Below, in pieces: positions 37,986-50,273 of a stretch of 64,000 nt of DNA; within the stretch, counting starts at the first letter, position 1, and each line of letters starts with the position of its first letter. The position numbers were made by a program, and so were the translations under genes. Source of the stretch: Phoronis australis (lineage: Eukaryota; Animalia; Phoronida); the NCBI GenBank assembly GCA_002633005.1, contig NMRA01000177.1, forward strand, positions 62,001-126,000, written 5' to 3'. A model generated the notes under the pieces. The model made no database searches and was not told the origin of the DNA. It was given only the letters and a program-made list of their open reading frames with translations.

Positions 37986-38230
37986 GCCTCCCGTTCAGTA
38001 ACGCTAGGACCTCGCTAAAAAGCAAGACTTCGCGAGATTACATGATAAATTGCCATGTATTTTAAATGAGAACACGTGGCGTGCGTTCAGTAGACGCTAG
38101 GACCTGCGCTAGGACCTAGCTAAAATCTAGTAAGGTCACGTGTTCTCATTTAAAATATACGGCAATACCCCACGAAATCTGTCAAAATCTTGCTTTTTAG
38201 CGAGGTCCAAGCGTTACTGAACGGGAGGCT
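37986..38230. mobile_element. Fold-back arrangement of the short MITE family (partial inverted copy + full copy)
   Basis: About 94-bp arms 37986-38079 and 38137-38230 are imperfect reverse complements (gcctcccgttcagtaacgct ... agcgttactgaacgggaggc). Confidence 0.8.
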
Positions 38231-40157
38231 GGTGTTCGTTCAAAGCAAAGTCGTCATGCTCGTATCCTTTGCTTGAATCGAAATCAGCTGCAAACTTCAC
38301 GAGCCTCATCTCGGAACCAATAACGAACTGCCAGTTTTCCTAGACATTAAATCTAACATGTGTAGAGTACATGCTGAGATCGATTTTTAACTCTAAGTAG
38401 CCTAAATCAAAAGTTGGTGTTTGTAGAAGGCGCCGTTCCTTTAACGTCATTCATTGATCTGCAGCAAATGAAGGTGAAAATAATAAGTGAAATATCGAAA
38501 CCATGCTAATGTTGTGTAGGACCTTGTCGACTTTTCGATGTATTTAGCCAACTATTTAAAAATTATAGATTTTAACTCCGTAAAAGTAAATATTTTCTGA
38601 AACTATAAGCCTGAAGGAATTTGACTTTGACTGCTGTTAACTAGATCACGTGACCATGTGTTAAAATTTAGCAAAAGAGAGGTTCGCCCATAGCAAACAA
38701 ACAGTATCAATAAAATGACCAAATTTTGTTTGATATGAATGTACAAGAAAACCCCCAAACATGTAGCTACAATTTTCCAATCGATCATTTCGTTTTCGTT
38801 TGATTCAACTTTTGAGTTTATCATAAAAGTCCTGCTTTTATAGCCTATCATTCAAACAGTGGACAAGAACAACCCCTTAAGTGTTTTCGAGAACAGTGCA
38901 TAAAGTGTTGTGTTACAATTTTTATATGAATATAATCGGCCGATTTTCAGATATCATGTTTCAAAGTCTATCAAATTTGGTCATTTTACTAGGGTCTTGC
39001 ATAGCCTTAAAACACTGGATTTGAAAATGGCGCATTGCGGAATCTGGCTTGAGTTTCCGGTTCCTTCAGCAACGATTCGAAGTCGGGTGAGCGTAATGTT
39101 TTTAAACCACGAAGCCCTTCGGTTCAGAATTCAACGCATTGACAGCTAAAGATCGTGGTTTTGAAGAGGCATAAAACGCGAAAACTCGTAAAAAATATCT
39201 TATAAACAGATGGTGGCATATCTACCTCTTGGGGATGCTAACGTTAGACATTCACTTTAAATAATTACAAGAATTTCTAGGAAAAAATAGTCAGCTTCAC
39301 TGTTGTTGAAACACTGACGAAAAAAAATTCTTGCATGGTATGCGCGCATGGATGAATAAGGACATCGTGTTCCATACATTTCCCACCGCGAAGAAATATT
39401 CGCGGCAACTGAAGCTACTGACTGCGGCTGATAAAGTAGGAGATTTTCGATCCCAATCGGTGTTAAAAAGCTAAAATAAATTAGTGAAGTTAAGCTAATC
39501 AAACAATGGGAGGGTCTGATAGTTGAATTTATTACTCTGCTGTTAAATTAATAAACCACTTTGTAGTAATTGAATTTTTGTCTACCAAATCTGAGTCGTG
39601 ATCAGTCGGAAGTCACTTTCATGGTCTCATTATTCTAGAGAGTGCCAAGATAAAACGCCCTCTATTATCCTCTTAAACCATAACGTAGTCGAGCACAAAC
39701 TCGTAATAGACATTTATTTGTTGCGCAGAATAGAAAATGACTAAAATAATTTCGAGTTGGTTTTTGAATATGAAGGTTTAACCCCGGTCCCTGGAGACGG
39801 TTTTGGTACTGTTTTTGGCAATGTACAGCATGTGCACATATTGAAGTAAGACTCTCAGTAATCTCTTTCTTTATTCAACTAAAACTTACTTTAAACAGCG
39901 CCAGTAAAATGAGAGTAAATGCGTGAACTCAAAATACTTGTGTTTATTTTTGCAAATGGCGAAACCGGAAGGACTAACAAAAATAGTCAAACGAATAACT
40001 CGCGTAAAGTAATAAACGGGAAACCAATAGTGGCGTAATGTCTCTTTAAGTCCTTTGAAGTAACACTTATCAGTCCTAAGAAAAAATTAGCACAATACAT
40101 GTAATACACTTGAACTAGGATCGGTACCATCAAAGACCAGGGAGGATACCATAACAC

Positions 40158-40357
40158 TCAATCAACCACAAAATCCTGAAGGTAGGTTGGAGGACGTTTG
40201 GTCCTGGAAGAGCGTCGCAAAGGAACGTCTCCCGTCACGTCAAGTGTACCGCTGCTAGTATGACCCGCATCATTGGTAGGAACAACATCATTCGAGGTGT
40301 GGGAAGGTTGACTCAGGTTTACTCCAGGAAGAACATCAGACACACTAGAAGGTGGTA
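40158..40357 (-). mobile_element. LTR retrotransposon (Ty3/gypsy-like) Pol C-terminal remnant, cut by the gap
   Basis: Low-complexity linker ending PLRRSSRTKRPPTYLQDFVVD-stop, a characteristic tail of gypsy-type polyproteins. No catalytic domain or LTR is visible. Confidence 0.6.
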
Positions 40358-40542
40358 NNNNNNNNNNNNNNNNNNNNNNNNNNNNNNNNNNNNNNNNNNN
40401 NNNNNNNNNNNNNNNNNNNNNNNNNNNNNNNNNNNNNNNNNNNNNNNNNNNNNNNNNNNNNNNNNNNNNNNNNNNNNNNNNNNNNNNNNNNNNNNNNNNN
40501 NNNNNNNNNNNNNNNNNNNNNNNNNNNNNNNNNNNNNNNNNN
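40358..40542. other. Assembly gap (N run)
   Basis: Continuous run of n bases. Confidence 1.
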
Positions 40543-40768
40543 ACACTAAAATTTCTTATTCCGACAATATGAAAAACGCTACTTGATTGCACGCTAACAC
40601 AGGACAGTGACTTTGCCCCCGCCAAATACGTCACGAGACTAAGCAGCGCTCCAAGCCGGTAATTTTTTTAGCTTCGTTAGAGAATATAAGTTTAATTTTT
40701 GGTGTTGAATTATTTGTGAAATTAATCAACAATTCATAGAAAACTATCCAGAATTTATTCAGAATAAA

Positions 40769-41994
40769 TTACAGTTCCCTTTCAATATCTGATAAGTTGA
40801 CAAATCTATCTCTGGAATCTCGGATTGTGAGAACTTGCCTTGCTTTTGACTCCATAAAGTCTTCAACCAGAGAACTTAGTGGAAGTGATACTGCAGCTGT
40901 CCTACTATATAATCCCACTGACGTGAAGCTCGCTGGTACTCCCAACCATTTCCTGATATTCTGGTTTGCCTCCCGCTCCATAGACTCGACTGCTGAGATC
41001 GGGATGCTGTAAACCGATAGCGGCCACGAGATCTTGGTCAGTAAACCGAATTGATAACACCAGAGCTTGAACTTCCCCGGCAAAGTGCACCCGTTGATCT
41101 TCTTCAAACTCTCCCTGAACAGGGCCACTGTGTCCCTTGCGTTTGTGATGTCGCTTAAACTGCTGCCGTTCACCTTGCCTAGATATTTCACCGACCTCTC
41201 ACCCAAGGATGGAATCTCCTCACCGTTCATACGGAAGGCTCGGTGCTGACTCATTCTCCCTTTCATCAAGACCAACCTTCTGGACTTCTGCACCTTAAAC
41301 CTCATCCTACCCCAAACAATTAGTTCTTCTAATTTCTTCAACACCCAACCTGCTCCTACTGCTGTTGATGTAGTAACTGTCGTCGACAAATGCACGACAC
41401 GGGGGAATGCGTCTGCCTTGTAGAAGAGGCTCCCTGCACTCTTTGCTGGATCGTCAAATAATGAGGTTCAATGCTAGCCCAAATAAGCTGACTGAAATGG
41501 TGCACCCGGTCAATATCCCTTTCTTCAAAGGCTTGAACTCTGTTGTGAACTCTTTCGTTGAAAGTCACATCTGTATACTGTTGAAGTAGTCGTTGATGAC
41601 CTTCCTGTACTCCTTCCGGAAAATGATAAGTCGCCAAGGCCTTCCTAATTAGTGAATGTGGCATGGAACCATAAGCATTCTCTAAATCTAACCACACAAC
41701 TGCCAAGTCCGACTTGTCTGCCTTTGCCTTACTGATCAGCTCCGTTAGAACAGCATTATGCTCCAGGCAACCCGACTGCTCTGGTACACCACTTTTCTGC
41801 ACTGTGGGGTGGATACAACCATTAATTCCCCAGGGCGTACTTGACAATTCTTGATGCAATCACTGCGAAGAAAATTTTGCACTCCAAATCAAGCAGGGAA
41901 ATCGCCCTTTAGTCTTTTATAGCCTCAGCATCTTTGATCTTTGGTATATAACAGCCTCCAGCCTTGCCCCAGTGATCAGGAAGTTTCTTCTGAA
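40769..41994 (-). mobile_element. Decayed non-LTR retrotransposon reverse transcriptase (HERO-like, RLE-type clade)
   Basis: Minus-strand pieces: WGKAGGCYIPK...*RAISLLDLECKIFF; QKSGVPEQSGCLEH; DLAVVWLDLENAYGSMPH; AFVDD near 41381-41395; KYLG; LPGKFKLWCYQFGLL..ISWPL...RKWLGVP...LPLSSLVEDF. Several frameshifts and stops. The clade call is from recalled motifs. Confidence 0.9.
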
Positions 41995-42452
41995 TCTTGC
42001 TAACATATCCATTACACAAAACGGAACGAGTTGCCATGGCATTTCGTCGGCCAGTGGCTTGTTGCATGAAACAGATATATTACGGAGTCAAGTATATTTC
42101 CATATATATGCGGACTTTGTTTACTCACTACATACGCGCACCCAAGGCTCGAGCGACCCCCCCCCCCCCCNTTTATTACAGTTATATCATTCAGGGCACT
42201 TATGGATTTAATATTAACGCAAACGGTTCCTTTTCTTAACACACCGGTAGCAAGCAGTTGAGTTACTATAATTCTTTGTACTAAAGCTTGAAATAATCAC
42301 TCTCGCTTCTGCGGCCATATTTGTTGGTCTTAGTTTTGAAACATTTCATTTGTGTAATGTAATACCTCAAAATGCAACATTATTTTTAAACTTGGATATG
42401 ACAAGAGGAATGCACTTTGTTTGACTTAATTATTTGATATATATTTACATAG

Positions 42453-42617
42453 GTAATGACAACATCTACCGACTGACCCACCAGGATAGGTACCAGTTAC
42501 GTGTGGATTTAGAAGACCACGAAGGCAACAAGGCGTACGCATCGTATCACAGTTTCTCTATCGCATCCGAGTCGTTCAATTACACACTGACAGTGGGCGG
42601 GTATTCTGGAGGTGCAG
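42453..42617 (+). CDS. PAN-FBG protein, exon 4
   Basis: Acceptor tttacatAG; (G)NDNIYRLTHQDRYQLRVDLEDHEGNKAYASYHSFSIASESFNYTLTVGGYSGGA(G); donor GTAGAC; 165 nt, phase 1-1. Confidence 0.95.
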
Positions 42618-45600
42618 GTAGACATAAACTGTCGCTTATGTGGTTACGAAACTTTACACCCCTAAGGCCAACAAGCTAAAGCAACATAATCGGTTCCGGT
42701 CAACGTTTTTTTTTTGCTAATTGATGTGGCGTTTTTATGCTGTTCAATTTTGTGAAAACTACTTTTGGTGTCACTATAGGCGGTGCGTTTTTTCTATTCT
42801 CTGACTAGCGTCAGTGATACAACAACGCGATTGCCCGTGGTGGTCTCGACCGAGGGCTGGGGGATGACCCTGATGCTTGTCTCACACAGTAATCGTAACC
42901 TGGCTATATATATATTTAATGAAGACCTATGAGGAAGATTTTTATGCCGTGGGACGCAGGTTACACAATGGGTTGGGTTACCGACCACAACCAAATAATG
43001 CATCTTTGGCTTAAAAGTCAGACACGGTCTTAATTTTGTCTCTAGCATTGACAACTTAAAAGATGCAAAATCACTGCGATAAAGGATTCTCTGTCGACCT
43101 TTCACTAAGTTCTATTTGATCTACGTTAAATCTGTTGGAAGAGGAGTTTAGAAATTGACGCTTCCTAACAAAATCACAAAGGAACAACATGTTTTTCTGT
43201 GTCATTGTCAAAGATAACTACGTCAACTAATTCTACCGCTCTCAAAAAATGCTCAAAATGCCTTTTTCGGCCCTAAAACTAAGCTGCGTTTTATAGACGC
43301 AGTAAACTCGCAAAAATGCTAGATCACGCTACTTTTTGCGAGATACGGCCATGCATTACCAGTGAAGCACTTGATCTCAGTGGATTACCTCGCCATTTCC
43401 TTGCTTCTACACAACGCATGTGGTCGTCAAATGAACTTACCTTGAGTTAAGCGGTTTCACATAACGCTCTGTCCACACCAATTGGATCCTGAACAAACAT
43501 ATCAGTATGTAAATCGTAGCAGATGTCAACAAAAAGGCAGTGCTATTTAAATACAGGTACATGCCAGCACAAATGAGAAATCGGTAAAGTAAACAGTAGC
43601 TAATCGAATGTAATGTAATAGAGTGTAAACTATTTATTTATTAAACCTTGTAAGAGCTCTTTTTCTTTTGATGAAAATATCAGATTTTCCAGAGGTTCAT
43701 TTACTCTTGCAGTACAACGTCATCTCGTTCTTAACCCTTTGTTTGAGTCGAAACGGTTACAATTATTTGCTTGGAATAGCAGGCAGAATACTTATTTGTC
43801 CTGCAGGTACATGACATTGGCTTTGCTTTAAAATTGTCGGATTTATTATCGAAATCCTGTCGGGAAACATTTCGTTCACGGATACCTCTCAAGCTTATTA
43901 TAATTTCTATCGTCAGATTGTCAGGTGCACTGCAGTAAACCTTCGCTGGCATTGAAAGGTCATTGCAGTTAAAACTGCCAAGAAAACTGTGAAAAAAGCA
44001 AAAGATCTACAAATAACGTGAGAGATCCCAGTAGCACGAAAACGAGGCCACAAAAGTGCATGGCGGATGTTGCAGTATTGTGGGTAAATAATGAGAGATT
44101 CAAGTGTCGCTGTCTAACCCTTCTGAAACTAAGCTGCCGTGACAAGCAACTTAATTCATCTGGTTTGAAACAATGACGACCTATGTGTACTTCTCGTGGT
44201 CAGAGATCATTTCTGAGTTGAGAAGGACAATTAACATATCGACTTCGATTTTGTAAAAATAAGTGGACTAAATCAAATTTAAATTTGTCAAATAGAAAAT
44301 TAGAGTGTAGTTTACAATTTGTGCAAACTTTTGTAGTTTACTTAGTTGCATGCGACATCTAAATCATCAACCTGATATTATTTTATTTCAAAAGAATCAA
44401 ATGTATTCTGATATTCGCCCATTGCCCAACATTTTCGCGTTTATTCGTCCTTTTACAACAGTGATTTTAATTCAGACGCAGGGCCGTAAGAAGCGGTGGG
44501 GGGATGGCGGGGGGGGGNGGGGGTGCTCGCTCCCCCCAAAAATTTTTTGTCAGGCCTCGGGGTTAAACCGTGGCAATCAACATAGGCGTGGGGCCGGGGA
44601 CAGTCGAGAAAAGAAAGAATGCGAAATACGAAGAAGAGAGAAAATTCAAGAGAACATTTAACAACTCTGTATCAGTGCATGGTTTACCTTTTGAGGACCC
44701 TGGCCAGGACGTTGTTGCAGGGGTTTCCACTTTTACTGGATTTTTAAATTCAGTAAGTCAATTTTGCGAAAGCAAAACTATATTTTTCTAAGAGATAACG
44801 GAGACAAGTTTCGCTTTATGTTTTTCCTCGAAGTTGTCTGTCATTTGAGAACAATTGGTGACCTGCGCATTTCCTGATTTTTGAAAATATAGATATTTTC
44901 ATATTTAGGGATCCCGCTCTTGAAGGAAGCCATTGATGACATTCAAGTGGCCACCCCTTTTGTGTTTTTATTGACAAATTCTTAAGGGGCTGCTCACGGA
45001 AAGAGGGTCCTCTGTTGGAATCGATCGCCTCTATTTTCCTGTTTTTGTGAAATCGTGCAACCGGCTTCCATGTTGAAGAAGGTCATTTCCTACACTGTCT
45101 TGTGACCACACGACTTTGGAATGAACTGTCATTCTTTTCCAAGCTTAATATAATGATGTTTAGCCTTTCATGACCAAGGTTTCCCATTTCAGACGGGATC
45201 TTCCCTCGGTGGAGTAGTTCGGGGGAAATGTCCCTTTGTCCCTCTGTACATGTAAATCTTACACTTCCAAGTGGTCACGAGGGAAGTTGAAATTCCAAAT
45301 TCATCAAAAAGCACAAAACATTCGTGCACAGCACAGCAGTATCAAGACATTCGACCCAAACAATCAAAAATGTGAAAAAATACAATACAACTGACCACCA
45401 TCGAAAGGGTGGAATTTTGAAGAAAAAAGAACTATTTAATATGGTTAGTTTTAAAATAATGTTATTGTTTCCCATAAAATAGTATCTCTTTTGAAGATGG
45501 TTACTATGAGTTGTTTGTAAGGAATTCCCACCTGTGGAAAACACTGATGTCTGAGGTACTATTTGTGATGACCGTGTACATGTCGAAACTCGCTGGGGGT

Positions 45601-46468
45601 ACTCAAAGAACTCTCTCAATCATAAAGAAATGAGTTTTTTTTGTAAGTGGAGATCAATTTTACCTCGTGAACCGTTATAGGTACCTCTGAAATGAGCAAA
45701 AATACTTTAATACAAATGTCACATGTCCCATATTTCCACGGTTACCCGTGCTAAAAATCTGCGAGCATGCCTGCGGAAATTGCTTAATATAACATTCCGT
45801 TTTGATATAAACAGATTCGCTAATTTCTGATTTACTTGTTTATGTATTTACGAAAATCGATAGATTCATAGATGATATTTGAAAATTACAAGCTAATCTT
45901 GTAAAAATTGATGATGTTTCAGTGACTTTAGTTGTAGCCTGAAGTTGGAAAAACTCTACAATCCGATCCCCAAATAGTAAAATACACTTAGACGATTTTG
46001 CCTATCTAAAATAACTCTCAAAGATATTAATGAAATTCGGAATCACAAACCGTAGATCGAAAAAAGTTTTAAAAGTCTTTAAAAAATAAAATTATTAACT
46101 CATTACTAGGAAAAGTTGTCTTTGCACTTCCTTTGTGTTTTTAGTTTCCATTAGTATTGCGCCATGGATTTTTGTTCTTCAAAACTCAATTATTGGAGAC
46201 AAATAAAACAACAACAATAATATATATTTTAGATTGCATTGGGAATTTCAGGGTCACAGCTCTACTAATGAATATTTCACAGAAGGAACCAGATCATGCA
46301 TAGGCGGATTTAGGGGGGGGCCCAGGGGGCCCGGCCCCCCCCCCCCCCTTGGCTGCTGCAAAAAATAAAACAGTAAGAGCGTAGGGAAATGGTGAGTTTA
46401 TTAATTAACCCCGGTAATTAAAATTATACGGATGAAAAAAAGATTTAAATGTGTGCAGTTTTAGTGTT

Positions 46469-46732
46469 NCCGGCAGTGGCGCTGCGCACTACGACTCCGT
46501 TTCCGTCGTCTGCTCCACTGTGCAATGAAGAAAATTTACTTCAATTTTTAAAGAAAATGGAATCTGAGTGACGATGAAAAAACAGAAGCTGCTGGTAAGA
46601 TGTGGATTTTAATCCAAGCCTTAGTGAATCACTAAGAAACTCTGTTTGTCAAACCTTATCTTAAGACGATTTCCAAAGCAATACCGTCATTATTGCCAAC
46701 ATGAAAAATGGATTTGGTCTATTGGGCATTTG
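46469..46732 (-). repeat. Interspersed repeat fragment, inverted homolog of 27372-27641
   Basis: Reverse-complement match to 27372-27641; begins immediately after a single n at 46468. Confidence 0.85.
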
Positions 46733-46884
46733 AAGACTATTTCAAATACGACAAATTTGTTAAGAACTGATGGCACAAAATATAAAACGTGTAAAAAGCA
46801 TTACAAAAAGAAGTAGGTTTAGCACGCAAACGCTGTGGACCACTGATAAAAAAGTAGGTCTTTTAATATGAAATCAGTGGTGAA

Positions 46885-46950
46885 GTCGTGGTGGTGCAGT
46901 GGTAACGCACGCGCGCTTTATCCGCCAGATCGTGAGTTCGAGTCTTTGGT
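46885..46950 (+). mobile_element. tRNA-derived (SINE-head-like) Pol III promoter remnant
   Basis: A-box-like tggtgcagtgg and B-box gagttcgagtc at tRNA-like spacing; no complete cloverleaf. Confidence 0.45.
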
Positions 46951-48334
46951 ACTTGCAGTTTTTCCTGTTTGACACGTTCTCCGTTTTTTGCCTTTTTTTC
47001 TTGGATAATATATCAGGAATCAACGAAAATGCTTGATTTTTAGAGGTAAAAACAGAAAAATTTCCCCCCATTCGGTGCTATGCGCATCTACAATCGTTCA
47101 GTTTGCGCAAATGCTTGCAGCCGGACAAAATGTTGGCTCCCCCCCTGTGATATCCTAGATCCGCCATTGCAGATGGGTACATAATACCAAATGGGTATTG
47201 GCCGATTGCCTACCAAGTGGGTCGAGCAAAACGGCAAATTCAATTACAAGTACCAAATGGGTACAACTGCCAAATGGGCAAATATTATATAATAAAGTAC
47301 CAAGTGGGTACATCAAACAGCCAACTGGGCTATAACAACCTGCAAAGCAGGTTCCGGACAAGCTGAGTGAGCAGACCAGCCGGAGTGATAAAAAGAGATA
47401 TTGTAAGGAACGTGGTGTTGTGGCTCAGTATGTGCCACATGGGCAGGGTTGTTCATGGATGAACAATCCTGTCCACCGCCACTGTTTGCTTGCCTTGATT
47501 CCCGTGCACGTCATGAGTGACGGACGTACCCACGTTAAAAATAAGGTGGAGCCATGCAGTAGGCCCGCGCAGAATCTCAGTGATTCAAGGGAGCTGAACT
47601 CTAAGCGTTGAAATGTGTACGTTTTTGGGACACACTCGATTTCAACACAAACCAGAAATTGTAGTGCCTGTCGTGTTTCAGTGATGGAATTTAAAACAGC
47701 CCCAAAGTCACTATGTACCAGGGACTTTGGGACCTCACCTTTTTCAAAAAAACTTTCAAAAAATGGCCATAATAAAATTAAGTTTTCTCGAAACTGGATC
47801 ACAATAAAAACGAACCTTGACCTTAGAGACAGCGCAGACGGATAGGTATACGAGCTAAGCTGTCTGTCTCAAGTGAATCACAGTTGAGCTGACCAGCAAC
47901 TAGCTTTAGTTCATCGGGAATTCCGTATTTTGACACTGTTAGGTCTCCACTGTACAGTTACTTGAGGCAGTTCTTCACTACCCGTCAGTGCACCGGCCCT
48001 AGGCCCATTCTTAGGCCTACTCTCCGTGCTAGTTCACGGTTACTCAACTCTTGATGGCCGCCATCCCCGGGATTGCCCCCCACCTAGGGCGGACGTGAGA
48101 AATTCGGTACAAATGTGGTGGCATCGGGAGCACAGGGTGCTGGGAGCTTGTGTCCCCCCCCCCTACCCCCATAATTTTTGGCTTCCTACGGGTCTGAGTC
48201 GTATTGTTTTTCAACTATTTCAGCTAACGGGCATCATATGAAAGGACACGCGAGCCTGTCTGCAACTCGATGGCTTTATGCTTAGGCAGAGAAATGGTGG
48301 CTTAGCAATGAATACATGAAGAATCCTATACGAG

Positions 48335-48448
48335 TCTCAGGTTTATGACATGGGCAAAACTTCTTGTAAATTTCGTCAAAATCCCTAGGCTTGTCCAGGG
48401 ATTTTGACAAAATTTCCAAGAGGTTTTACCCATGCCATAAACCTGAGA
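48335..48448. mobile_element. 114-bp hairpin MITE inserted in another repeat
   Basis: tctcaggtttatg...aaaatccctagg / ccagggattttg...cataaacctgaga forms a nearly full-length palindrome, flanked by cgag on both sides. The homologous repeat near 63540 has the empty site (tatacgagtc). Confidence 0.85.
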
Positions 48449-48770
48449 CGAGTGTAAGATTTGTTTTCTCACATGAAGTGTAAAAACGATCTTTTCGCCG
48501 AAAAACTCGACGTGTCTAAAACTTTCAACCACATGACGCCACTTTTGTAAAAACACGTTTGCGCAATGTAATTAAACTCAGTTACTTTTTGTTAGTAGTT
48601 TTATTTTAAACGTAACAATTGTAAATTGCATTCAGCATTCGTAACAGTATGTAAGTTAGAATCTAATAAATGGTCTTTGAAGTTGTAATACTAAAATTTA
48701 ACAAATTTTTATACAGTCAGCAGGTCTTCCTCGTGCGTGAGTACGGAATTGACACAGCATAGCTAGAAAG
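48449..48770 (+). repeat. Interspersed repeat, homolog of 63535-63850
   Basis: Colinear: ttctcacatgaa, gtgtctaaaac, cagttactttttgtta, gtaaattgcatt, aagttagaatctaataaat, acagtcag. Confidence 0.85.
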
Positions 48771-50177
48771 TCTCACCGAAGTTCTTGAGTTGGGGTTCGT
48801 CTCCGTTTGAATGAACGCGGATATGGAAGTTGTTCGCATGTCCGTCCGACTGGGAGTACGTGCACAACGGATTTGTGTGTCATAACCTCGTCACATTCAC
48901 GGAATTGTTTGTATGCCGCGCGTTTGGTTGTTTTAGTGTTTTGCAGACGATAATAAGCAATGCGTATGGATTTCTACTTTGCACTACTTTGTGATTCACC
49001 CATGTGATATCGAAAAAGTTACGTATTCGGAGTTATTAACCAGTCGTGTCGTAACACATTCCAGGTCATGCGAGAAAAATACGGTCACAGTAACAAATGT
49101 TACAGAAAATTATACATTAACCCACTTTATCTACATCAACTATCACAAATGGATATAGAAAATAGTCTGGTCAAACCGGCAAAGTTGAAGTGCCAAGGCA
49201 TTATTCCTGCAGATTAATGTAACCACGCAATCGTAATGTCGGTGTGTACAGGTTAATACTTCACGGGAAATTCGAGAGTAATATTTATGGCTAAATTCCA
49301 TTATGGTATTTTCAATGTAGAGACTTCCAACCCTGTGTACGGGTTTGTTTACTGACTCAAATGCATCTAGGTCTTTATAAACATAATGCATAGTTGCATA
49401 CACTCATTCACCCATACATGTACACGTAAACATGCACACGCACATAAATTTTATACAATCATAAACTTACACTCATACTCGTATACACATTAACTAGTAT
49501 TAATCAGTTTTTTTAACAACTTACATAAAAAATTCAACACGGGCCTGGTTGGAAATAGGGATAATTAAAGGTGAACAATACGAGAGATGTGTGCTATTTG
49601 GTGACGTGGATTAAACATTGAAAATATTGTACAGTAATGATAATTTAGGATTTATAAAAAATCTGCTCTTTCGTTAGCATTTGGGAGGGGGGGGGTGAAA
49701 TGTGTAGTGATAAAGTGGTAAAGTTTGTTTGTCCATATAGACTTTGCGGAGATATAGTTTGGAAATTGTGCGGGAATTTAAGAGTGCCAAGGTGCAGATA
49801 GGATTTTATGCGATTTAGAGTGATCTCAACACGAAGTGAAATGTTTGAGTACAATGGGTGACGGAGTTTTTGTGAGAAAGTTGTCGACATGACTTTTGAG
49901 ATCGTGTTAGGGTGCATATAGGTGGAGAAGTTTTCAAATTGTGTGGCAGCTTTTCAAAATGTAAGTTCAGTGGGAAAGAGACAGAGGAACTGTGAGGAAT
50001 GAGATTGTCTATAGAATCTTCGTGTTAGGATTTCCCGACATGTTATTGATATCATGGAAAAGCTTGGATATATGGGTGATAATGTGATGTTTATTACTTG
50101 AAAAAGGAGCAGGAGCAATTGGCAGGGTTATTTACATTCATTCTCATGAAAATATTTGGAATTGGCCTAAGAAATTA

Positions 50178-50223
50178 TATAATAATAATAACTACAATAA
50201 TAATAATTATTATTATAATAATG

Positions 50224-50272
<49 letters not shown>
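50178..50272. repeat. (ATA)n microsatellite
   Basis: Long, slightly interrupted ataataata tract; source of the spurious poly-Ile ORF. Confidence 0.95.

Positions 50273-50273
<1 letters not shown>

Noticed and set aside
40260-40634. ORFs spanning the N gap
   Set aside because: Artefacts of translating N; only the minus-strand tail 40158-40357 has a recognisable motif.
46885-46950. Functional tRNA gene
   Set aside because: A and B boxes are present, but I could not pair the acceptor and anticodon stems; treated as a SINE-like remnant.
47402-48045. Possible solo LTR starting tgtaagg
   Set aside because: No convincing matching CA end, TSD or second copy found.
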